Positions 1-10,655 of a DNA stretch of 64,000 nucleotides are shown here, in pieces (within the stretch, counting starts at the first letter, position 1; each line of letters opens with the position of its first letter). The DNA is taken from contig CM052816.1 of NCBI GenBank assembly GCA_028534125.1, positions 51,214,001-51,278,000 of the forward strand, in the 5' to 3' direction. The notes under the pieces were generated by a model. That model was not told where the DNA came from and searched no databases. It worked only from the letters and a program-made list of their open reading frames with translations. Made by a program: the position numbers and the translations under genes. This stretch comes from Lama glama (Eukaryota).

Positions 1-464
1 AAGCACTTAGGTATGTTGGGGCTAATACCAGGAACTTGAAACTGGTGATTAATTAGACACAGATTCAGATTCTCTGGAACAGTTAGGAGGTCCAAGGAAT
101 AAGAGAGGGGACAGAAAAAGCTTCTTAAAGAGCCTATGAGAAGTTTTACTCCAGTCATGGTTCTCACTGGCAGCTGAGTACATTTGTGGGGTTTGAAGGC
201 TAGAGTACCTGTCCTCTAATAGGGAGTGCTGCTATGTCACTCAGGCCCTTGCTCTGGGCAGCTATTTATGGGCAAAGACATTATTGCACCCTTAACTCAT
301 ACTAACTAAATTGAATTCTTGGCCTGTGTCTGCTAGGATCTTTCTATCATCCATGGTCACCTATATGATGCCCATGCAAATATCATCCCTTGAAGTCATG
401 CAGTTTGGAAATCTCTAAACTTCTACATATTTTCTGCTTCCCTTTCTCAAAGTGCCAGATGGTT

Positions 465-545
465 TTAGAACTTCAAGACCAAGGTTCTTATTTTATTCAT
501 CTTTGTATTTCCAGAAACTCTAACACTGAGCTGAGAACCATGGTA
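465..545 (+). mobile_element. L2 3'-end fragment
   Basis: ttcttattttattcatctttgtatttccaga..ctaacactgagctg resembles the L2 terminal consensus. Confidence 0.55.
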
Positions 546-679
546 AGCAGCATTTTCTGTCAGTAGCAGATCTGTTTCCTCTCATTTAAGTATACTATAA
601 CAAACTTCATAGGTGATTAACCAGCAAGCCTACCCTGACCTAAAGTCTTAAGAGAAGTGAATGGAGGAGTAAAAATGCA

Positions 680-1655
680 AAAGATCACCAGATGATATAC
701 AAATGGCAAACAGGCAAATGAAAAAGATTTTCAATATCATTAGCCATCAGGGAAACGCAAATTAAAAGCAAAATGAGATAGCACAACACATCTATCAGAA
801 TGGCTAAAATAACAAACAGTGACACCTTCAAATGTTGGTGAAGAGCAACTAGATCATTCGTACACTGCTGCTTGGAATATAAAATGGTACAGCCTCTCTG
901 GAAAACCATATGGCAGTTTCTTATAAAACTAAACATGTAATTACCATACAATCCACCAATTACACTCTTGGGCATTTATCCCAGAGAAATGAAAAACCTG
1001 TACACAAATGTTCATAGCAGTTTTATTCAGATTAGCCAAAAATTTGAGACAGTTCATATGTCCCTTAGCAGGTCATGGTTAAACAAACTGTTACACCATC
1101 CCACATTGCTCGGCGATGAAACGAGCAAAATGTTGATATACTCAACCACCTGAGTGAATCTCTCAGGAATTACGCAAGTGATAAAAGCCAATCCAAAAAA
1201 ATTACAGACTGTATGATTCTATTTAGAGAACAGTTTTGAAATGATAAAATTTTAGAAATGAAGAACAGAGAACAGACTAGTATTGAGGGGGTGGGTGGAG
1301 AGAGTTGGGTATGGTTACAAAAGGGCAACATGAGTCCTTGTGACGGTGGAACTGCTCTATATCTTGACCATGGTGGTAGATAACATGAACCTATACATGC
1401 GATAAAGTTGTATACAGCCAAATACACATACACACACACACACACACAGATCAGTACAATTAAAAGGGGGAAATATGAATAAGATCACTGAATTGTATTG
1501 ATGCCAATATCCTGGTTGTGATATTACACTATAATTATGCAAGATGTTACCAGTGTGGGAAACTGGATTAAAAGTACATGGGATCTTTCTGATTATTTCT
1601 TATTACTGTCTGTGAATCTGTAATTATCTTAAAAATGTCTATTAAAAATGTAAAG
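680..1655 (+). mobile_element. Old L1 (L1MC-like) ORF2 end plus 3' UTR
   Basis: Contains gatatacaaatggcaaacaggcaaatgaaaa...ggcatttatcccagagaaatgaaaa...gcaagatgttaccagtgtgggaaactgg and an A-rich end. ORF 968 (MGIYPREMK) is an ORF2p remnant. A (CA)n run lies at about 1423-1448. Confidence 0.88.
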
Positions 1656-1966
1656 GAAAAAAATAGCAGAGCAATTTGAGATTTATTAAAAATAAAATAT
1701 CTAAGACCTCAGGGGCTAACAGTACAGATGGTAGAGGGATTATGTTGATGAAGAGAGTCTAATGCTTGGAACTTGCTTTACAGTAACACAGGAGAGGGGT
1801 CAGTGGTTGGAGGTGAGGAAGGGGCATGGTTGGCCACAGAGTGATGATTGTTGGGTTGACTGATGGATCCACAGGTGTTCTTTATATCATTCTATCAACT
1901 TTTTGGAATATTTTTAATTGTCAAAAATGTTTAAGGTAACAAGTTTCTGATACCATGTAATAGTAT

Positions 1967-2145
1967 ACAGAATCACAGAACTCTAATTATGAAAGGCACT
2001 TGAATCATTCCATCTGGCCCAACACTCACCTTACTGATCAAAACAAGAAGGCCCAGAAAGGTTGGTGGTTTACCCAATGTCACCCAAATAGTTAGGAGCA
2101 GAGGCAGGCCTATGACACCGAAACCACTGCTCTTTGCACTACTGA
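1967..2145 (-). mobile_element. MIR SINE
   Basis: aggcccagaaaggttggtggtttacccaatgtcacccaaatagttagg is the reverse-complement MIR core. Confidence 0.7.
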
Positions 2146-4059
2146 ATGCCACTTCTTAACGATTATATACTTAATTTGGACGATGTTCTAGACACCATAG
2201 GACTACTATTAACATTTTGAGTAAGTGTGTTAATATTTTATTATTTTTCTTTTATTATGTTTTTTTAAAGGTTTGGGGCATATTTAACTTGATATTAAGA
2301 GTTAACAGAAAAAGGAGCCCCATGTACATTTATTTTCCTTAAAATGTTGCTATTTCATTAAATGAGAAGATACCTGTGTTTAGAAAATTACATTCATTCA
2401 AGGAGCTAAAAGATTAAGTGGTTCACATTAATTATAGAAACCTTGATTTTATTGAATTCAATTAACAATAAGTTGACAGTGATCTCTCATTTAGAAAATC
2501 TGATATGAATTAAGCTTTACAACTAAATCTCATTAAATAGTGATCATGCTGAAGACACTTCATAGATATTTTATTGAAAGCAAACCCAAATAGCATATTG
2601 GGCTTAGGAAATGAGATCCATATCTCTATTCAGCCTACAGGATAAGGTAATTGAAGGAGGAAAAACTTTTCTTCTATCACTAAAAATCTCTATTACTATT
2701 GCTGAGCAAACATAAGTAACAAGCTTTATTCATAATGTCCCTTGAGGAAAAGAGATTCTATTTGTTTATCTTCCACCAGTCAGGTCCTTAATTCAAACCT
2801 AACAGTTATGGGACAGTATCATAGCCAAGAAGCCAGAGTGAAAAGATAGGTTGTGTAACAAACTTCACCTGATTTTCCTGAGCCAACATCCTTTTAATAT
2901 TTTCATAAGTGATAAAGACTGATGAAGCCTTTGGACAAACCATTGAAAAATCAATTCCTTAGGAAAGAATTTTAATTATTAAAACATTTTAAATGAATTA
3001 TAAAAATAACCTATGTAGGCCCCTACATAAGCAGTGCTCATTATTTACAGTGGGGTGGGTTTTTGTTTTTGGGTTTGTTTTTTTTTTCACTATTTTTACT
3101 CCTAGAATGGACTCTTTTTTATTATGATCTTTAAGGCTTTTGAGTACATGATTTTCACAAAAAACTTTGCAAGTGATGGCATTCTTTTAGCAACTGTAAA
3201 TGTTGTATCCAGCACATAAGAGAGGGTTCAATACAAGGCAGGCATGTGTCTGACAGCATCCAGAGCAACACTGAAACAACAAAGGGTGCTACCAAGATGA
3301 TCCCAAGGATACATCTCAGTGAGGCTCCCCCTTTCCTGTAACATCACTACTCCTGATTCTCAAAAAAAAAAGGAAAAAAAGAGGTGCCATTCTTTGCTCT
3401 GTCAGCTCCATCAGAGGGGAGTGAATTAGCATCAGCACTGCCAATGTGGGTTCCCTCTGAGAGAAAGAATCTGTCTCCTGTGTGGGATTAAATCCTTTGC
3501 AGCCTGGCATGCTCAAGGGCAAGCAGGAAGAAGGGGACGCAGAAACCCGCCAAAGCACATCTGGCAGTTTTCTGGATGTTTATAGCTGGCTCCAATGTGC
3601 TTTGTAGGCCCTGTTTCCTTCAGGACCGTGCAGGAGACAGCAAGACAGCTTGAGCCCAGGGCCGGGCAGCAGCAAACAGGCTGAGTACAAGGCAGGCTGC
3701 AGAAGAGACAGTCTCTTAGATTCCCTGCCAGAGGACACAGGTTCCTTGGCAAGAGAGAATAGTAATAATGCTTAGTGGCATCTAACATATGCCAGTGATG
3801 ATTAGGCCTTACATCAGAATAATACATAAAATCATTATTTTCTTAGAAAAAAATGAGAAAGGCTCAGAAGGGCTATGGAAATCACAACTAATTAAAGGAA
3901 GGGGGAGACTTTTACCTAGTATGCTGAGCTTCAGAATCAGTCAAATGTGTTTCTATTCAGAGTTACCCTTAGAATGTTACATGAAAAGACCAGCATCAGT
4001 TACAACAGTTTACAGTTCTAAGCACATTTGTGTACACTATGCCATTTGCTCCTTTGCTC

Positions 4060-4152
4060 TAGGAGGAAGGCCCAAGGTTACACAGTAAGTAAGAAACTGA
4101 GCCAGAACACAAACCTAAACCCTTCAGGCTGCAAACTCAGGGCTCTTTCACT
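4060..4152 (-). mobile_element. MIR fragment
   Basis: cccaaggttacacagtaagtaagaaactgagccagaa...agggctctttc. Confidence 0.65.
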
Positions 4153-4204
4153 CTGCAAAAACCATCAGATTGGAGAGGGGTGGGTAGAGGGGTAGGGGAT
4201 ATTA

Positions 4205-4340
4205 AACATTTGTATTGCTGCACTCCACTCCCAAACTTTTGCTTTTGAACTCAGCAGTTCTGAGATGGATTTAAGAATCTATGTTGTTTACAACTTTCCC
4301 GGTGATGCTAATACAGGGGTCAACAGACCACTCCAGGAAG
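4205..4340. mobile_element. MER5A-like hAT-Charlie fragment
   Basis: aagaatctatgttgtttacaactttcccggtgatgctaatacaggggtcaacagaccact. Confidence 0.6.
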
Positions 4341-5049
4341 CCTTGCCTCACATATATGTGTAGGGTCTATGTGGGGATTCTTTACTTTTCTGGTCTGTGG
4401 GATTATAGTATCAGGAAAGCCCAATCATTAACACTCAAAATTATACCATAAAGAAGTTTGACTTCACTGGCTGCTTATCTGTGTCTTCAAGAGTATCACT
4501 GTCTCATCTGGCCTCCTCTCCGTGGGAGCCAAATGCACCTCCATTAACCTAAGACACCAGCTCAACACCACCACTCCCAGGGACAGAGGCTCTTCTGTTG
4601 ACCCTTTCCTTTATCTCTTCCTATCCAAAAATAGCCCCCATTTTCTCCTTTTCCTTTTAATTGATTGATTAATTCCCATGAAAATTTCAATGTCTACTGA
4701 CAGTTCAGTATGTTACTCCTTTATCAATTATTCCATTCAGCAGTGGATTTGTAACTGATAATCCTAATCAAAAGGAATCCTTAACAGTGGAATTTGGGGT
4801 GCCAAAAAGGAGTAAATTTTGCACCACATGTAACCACCTTTCCATGTTTTAACTCCAAAGCCCCAAAATTCTTCCTTATGCTACAGGGTAAATCAGTTTT
4901 CACTAGGTTTATCCTTGTAGAAAATTAAGAAACAAGTCACATTTTATATAATACACTCTCAAAAATATGAACCAATTTATCATCCCCAGATTTCTCTTTC
5001 CCATATTAAACAATCCTAGTTCTTCTAATTTTTCTGATATCCCTAGTTC

Positions 5050-5255
5050 CAGAGGTCTGCAAACATTTTCTTACAGGCATAGACAGTAAATATTTTAGGC
5101 TTTGTGGGCCATAAGATCTCTGCCATTGTAACATGAAAGCAGCCTGGTAACATGGTAACTGGTAACATGTAAACAAACAGACATGGCTATACGCCGGTGA
5201 AATTTTATTTACAAAAGCAAGCTATGGCCCATAGGCCTTAGTGTGCCCATTCCTG
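5050..5255 (+). mobile_element. MER58A hAT-Charlie MITE
   Basis: cagaggtctgcaaac..gacagtaaatattttaggctttgtgggcca..tttatttacaaaagc..cattcctg. Confidence 0.85.
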
Positions 5256-6027
5256 TGAGTGTGACTTAACGCCTTCCTTAATTTCATTTTATTGTACTTT
5301 TATAAGTAGTAAGCAGAACCTTATTAAAGGACCTGTGTCTCCATTTGATGAACTTTCCCCCTTTTCTATTTTTTTTCTATCTTAGTATGTTACATTAGAT
5401 TTCCTGAGGGGATGATAAATTCTAAGCCTTCAAAAAATGATGATAATTGAATCCAACTGGCTGAAGTCATTTTCTAAGGTAAGAGATAGCACTACCCTAA
5501 TTTAAACAAGTGAGATTTTTATATGTCTTGATGAATAAACTGCAAATTCCTTCAGTATATGAATAAACTTTCTATACTCAGGTCAGAAATGAGTAAATTT
5601 CATTGCCAAAGAGTGGAAATGATATGGTCTTGATAAAATAGACCAAAAGGCAAGCATTGCAGTAACTTCAGAGGAGGCTGTCTTACTGTGTGTACAAGAA
5701 ACATCAAGTCTAGGAATCAGCAGAGGACTGTTCTAGAGGATCTTTGAGGGAGCCATGAGCTCCTTCCCCTTCCTCAAAACTCTCTCTGAATTATGCAGGT
5801 GTAAACAGGGATTTATTTGTTTGCTTGCTGGCTCTTTTATCAGGAGAACACCTTAATTTGTTCCACAAGTCCCTGCCACGTGCCAGGCACCATGCACATG
5901 CTAGGACAAAGATGTAGAGCTGCTTTTATATAATGCCATTTCAAGTAGCAATGAGAGCACAATGAAAGTCCTCATCTTTCTACAAGTACACTCAAACCCC
6001 AGATAAAGATATCTAGATATTAGAGAA

Positions 6028-6238
6028 ACACAGTATAGTCAAATACGGAAGAGAGCATGGAAATTTGAGTTAGACCTGCGTTCAATTCCTGGCACTCACT
6101 GGATAGACAGACCACTCAATCCCTCTGAGCCTCAGTTTCCTTATTTGTTGAAAGAAAGCACTTTCCCCTTGTTTAAAGTGTATTAAACAAGATAAAATGC
6201 AAAACTATCTGACACATAGTAGGAATACTGATTAATGT
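6028..6238 (+). mobile_element. MIR SINE
   Basis: agacctgcgttcaattcctggc..ctctgagcctcagtttccttatttg..tgacacatagtagg. Confidence 0.85.
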
Positions 6239-6750
6239 ATTCATTCATCAAATGTTATAGGGTATCTTCCATGTTTCAGATCAAGGGTTGGCACATTTTC
6301 TTAAAGGGCCAGGTAGTAAATAGCTTAAGCTTTGTGAACCATATGTCTCCATCAAAACCACTCATCTTTGCCACTGTAGCATGAAAGCAGCTTAGACAAT
6401 ATGTAAACTTAACGTGTGTGGCTTTGTTCCAATAAAATGTTATTTATGGACACTAAAATTTAAATTTCATATAATTTTAGTGTGTCATGAAACTTTATTT
6501 CTATTCTTTTGATTCTTTTTCAACCATATAAAAATGCAAAAACTGTTCTTAGCTAGTGAGTTGTACTAAAATAGGAAGCTGGACACAGTTTGCCAACCCT
6601 TGTTCTAGACTCTCCTAGGATCTGGGGACAGGGAGGAGAACAACAGTAGACATTGTGCCCTAAAGGGAGGAGACATGATAGACAAATAATCACACAAATC
6701 ATTAAGATTATCATCACAATAAGCGCTACTAGAGAAAATGCAGAGTTCTA
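6238..6750 (-). mobile_element. L2 3' fragment interrupted by MER58B
   Basis: tattcattcatcaaatgttatagggtatcttccatgtttcag resumes after the MITE as actctcctaggatctggggacag..agacaaataatcacacaaat. Confidence 0.65.
6282..6602 (+). mobile_element. MER58B hAT-Charlie MITE, full length
   Basis: Perfect 12-bp TIRs caagggttggca / tgccaacccttg. The degenerate 8-bp TSD tttcagat / ttctagac fits the Charlie NTCTAGAN preference, and the interior is typical of MER58B. Confidence 0.9.
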
Positions 6751-9700
6751 GAGTATATATAATTTTACTGCACCTATAAATTTCGTACATGAAGTTTTAA
6801 CCTTTTTTGTTTCAGCTCCTTCAAGTATAAACCAGTTTTATGTAGGACTGGCCCTTTTAATATCCTGATCGCCATTCCCCAAGGTTTATTATTAGTTCAA
6901 TGACCATATCATCTACCCAGATAGACTTTTAGGAACAATTTTTTGTCCAAGTTCAGCAGACTATCACCTAGACTGTGTCACCCGTCACCTCTAATCACTC
7001 AAGCTTCTTCCTAACAAATTCTTCCAGCCTTTAAAAAGTTTCCTTGCACACTTCCTTCTGTAAAGTACTCATTGAAAAAGTTACCACCTAAAGGGTTACA
7101 GATGTAAATTGCATGCAAATGAGCACAGACTTGCCTGACTATCCCTGGGCTCCTGGCTCCACAGCGGTGCTGCTAAACAGCCAGCCCTGTCACAGTCCCA
7201 GATGATTAGACACTTGGAAACCACGTGGCCCAGATCCTGCCTGCCCAGCAGTCCTGCCTTTCTCTCCAGCGCAGGGACACAGCCTTAATTCAAAGTCAAC
7301 TCTGAAGAGCCAGAGGTGACTTCCTTTCTCTTCAAAAGGAATCCTGTTCTAATCTGCATAGAGACAAAGAGCCCTGGGTTCCAAATGTGTAAATCAACAC
7401 AGTAAATAAAGAGTTATTGAAAAATATAGTTTTTTTTTTTATTAATGGTTCAGACACCCTTTTGTCAGTAATATTTTGATGAGAGCAACCTGGTTGAATA
7501 TACTACAGGTTTGTTCTGGGAGGGGGATGAGGGGTGTTTTAAATCTTAATTATGATACGGCATTTCAAAGGTGTGACTTCAGTTCTTTTCTCGTTTTTTT
7601 GATAGGTTATGTTAATGGTTGCAATAGCTGAAAAAGAGACACAGATCCCCATGGAAGACGGATATCACTAGCCGTGCTTAGCAAATCATGACACTCACAT
7701 TTCACTCTCTTTCTTCAGTTGTAAGAGGTTTGTTTTCATTTTTCCTGATACTTTTCAGTGAGTTGCTAATCGACTTAGAGAGATTGATATGATCATGAGG
7801 TACAACATACACACAGGCTAAGGGTCATCATTAGTAACAGGAAATATAAATTCTGTCTCAAATAATCTTAATTTAAAATTTGGAGAACCAGTGTTTGGAA
7901 AGAACTGATTATACTGTTGTTTTTACATACTGCCATTTTTTTGTTCATTAGAGTGTCTGTGCAGGGATCTTTAAAGCCCCTGGTCTGACAAATAAGAGTT
8001 GTGTTAACTAATACTGGATGAGATCACCCAGGTAAATCAAGGACACAATGAGCTATGATACAGAATAAAAGCCTGAAGGAGTGAAGCACCACTGTCAGCC
8101 CCTTCCTAGCATCTGGCGCCCACTCCCTTTTGGATGCCCTGAGTAACATATAGGACTCTTGGTCTCCTGACGAGTGAACTGTGTGAGGATCCAGTGTGAG
8201 GCCTGTTCAAATATTAGTAAACCTTCATTTAAAAAAGCAAACAAAAGTATAAAAAGTAGTTCTAATGCTATTTCCCACATGTCTTTGGGTTATTTTGCAA
8301 GCTCCCTGGGTGCGTGCATCCACTTTAAAGACTCTGCTGATGACCTGGACCATTGCTAAAAAAAATTATGAAGAAGACAAAATTGCTCTTCAGCAGCTCC
8401 TATACCTACCTTTTCAAGGCTTTATTTTCTTTCCTCTTTCAGCACAAGACTTCAAAATTCAGCCCTCCTGATTTTCAGAGTAAAGAGACTTGATAAATTC
8501 ACCAGCAGTAACTGTTATAGCCTGGACATGTTAATCTTACCAAAAGTCTTTGCCTTTGAAAAGAAGTTTCCTTAAACAGGAAAATCTCAACGCATCACTC
8601 TCCGCGCAGTTACTGTAATAGAGAACAAGGCATGGGGAGAGAGGGATAGCAGCAGTGGCTTTTCTGGCACCTTCAGAACACCTACTGTACTGAGGAGAAG
8701 GCGAGTCCCACAAAGATGGTGCAGAGTGGCACTGGACACCACCAGGGCCTTAGGATCGGTCTCTGAGGTGACAGAAATCACTCCTGGAAGGAACTGTGTT
8801 TGACTTCTAATTGCTGGACCGCCATTTTCCATTTCCAAGCCCAGGCATTCAACCACTTTTTCTATTTGTAATGCTAATGCTAAATCAACATTCAACAGAA
8901 GTTTCCAAAGAAGAAAATAAAAGAAGCTTAAGCTGATAATATTGAATTAATGTGTTTTCCTGGTTACTTATAATGGTAAAGGATGATCTGCATAGTAAGG
9001 AAAATGCTAATTTTATTAAAGTGCTATTAGATAAGGCTTTTAGACCAACTTGCAGCACCCTAAAAAAATTATACAGTGACTTGATTTGTCAGTTCTAACC
9101 TCTTTAGAATTGTTCGCCTGCACAGTTGCCACACTTGGAGGAAAAACCAAATTCAGAACTGACTTGTTTCCTAAATGAATTGGGAAGTTGTCATTAAGAA
9201 GCATCTGCTACTTTATTGACTTCATGTAAAAGCCTTCTTGTGCCGCTATAACGGACTACTGAGCAGATGTTTTAGAGCAAGATACCCACAGCAATACTTG
9301 TATCATAAAAAAGATAAGGAGCTACAACGTAATTAATGATTTCAGTTCCTCGATAAATGAATTTCACTTTTAAAAAAATAGATTTAAAGTTTTATCAAGA
9401 ACTTCAACTTTCAACTCAAGCAATTCACTTGCAAGAAAGTGAAGACAAAATCATTTACAGGAACAAATAACAAAAGGTCAGATTCAGCCTTACACCCAAC
9501 ATGATGAAATCTGAGGGTGCAAAAAAAGGCTTCTCCAGACCAGACCACCCTACCACCTTCCCATGGATTGATCAGTCAGAGAATTTGCCATTGGAGATGG
9601 ACTTCTTTGTATCTTAAAGGCCTTTAAGCCAGGAAAATGTGTTTTCTCTGTGCGGGGGCAAATACTTAAAATTGTTATCAGCTAAACTTTTTAAAAAACC

Positions 9701-9964
9701 TTAGCCAAGATTTTCAAATTGACACTCAGCTCGCAGTACGGGAGGCAGGAGCAGGAAAGAGCCATAGCAGCAGGAAGGCCAGTAGTGGGTACAAACATGA
9801 ACAGTGGCAGTTATCAATTGGTAACAAGTCCTTCCAACTCTAATAAAATCCCATAACTCCAAGTTGAGGCATTTGAAAACATGAGAAACAGTGAGAAACA
9901 ACCACATGAAAGTCTGCAAGAAGACTGCTCTTTAATCCAAGATCCAGGCTCTATTTAGGGTCCA

Positions 9965-10240
9965 TATCTTAGCATAGATTACACCCAGAGCAGATCTTGA
10001 GAGGAAGATTTGAGCACAAGTAATCTATTGGGTAAGTGATTTTAGGAGCACCAGTAAGGGAGTGAGGAAGTGAGGGAGGATGGGAAAGAAAGCAACACAG
10101 GGTACCTTAGTAAACAGAGTACCATTGTGGGCGATTTGGGCTCCTCCCCTCTGGGAGCACCTGAGAGACTGTATGGAACATACTTTAGAGTGTTCCACCT
10201 ACAGGGTTTGGAAGTTGGGATGTGAATTCACCAACCTGGG
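9965..10240 (-). mobile_element. ERVL-class LTR fragment (LTR33/LTR16-like)
   Basis: agcagatcttgagaggaagatttgagcacaagtaatctattgggtaagtgattttaggagcaccagtaagggagtgaggaagtgag matches the recalled LTR33 reverse strand. Confidence 0.7.
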
Positions 10241-10655
10241 CAATCAAAAAATGAAGACCTAATAGACCTAAATAGACATTTCTCCAAAGAAGACATACAG
10301 ATGGCCACCAGGCATATGAAAAGATTCTCAATATCTCTAATTATTAGAGAAATACAAATCAAGCATACAATGAAGTATCACCTGACACCGGTCAGAATGG
10401 CCACCATCAAAAGGTCTACAAACAACAAATGCTGGAGAGGGCGTGGGGGAAAGGGAACCCTCCTACACTGCTGGTGGGAATGTAATTTGGTGCAGCCACC
10501 ATGTAAAACAGTATGGAGATTCCTTAAAAAAACTAAAATAGTGTTACCGTATGATCCAGCAGTCCCACTCGTGGGCATGTATCCAGAGAAAACTAATTTG
10601 AAAAGATACATGCACCCCAAAATTCATAATAGCACTATTTACAATAGCCAAGATA
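10241..10655 (+). mobile_element. Young (artiodactyl-type) L1 ORF2 C-terminal fragment, truncated at both ends
   Basis: ORF 10301 ([68 protein letters not shown]) is the L1 ORF2p cysteine-rich region. There is no 3' UTR or polyA. Confidence 0.93.
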
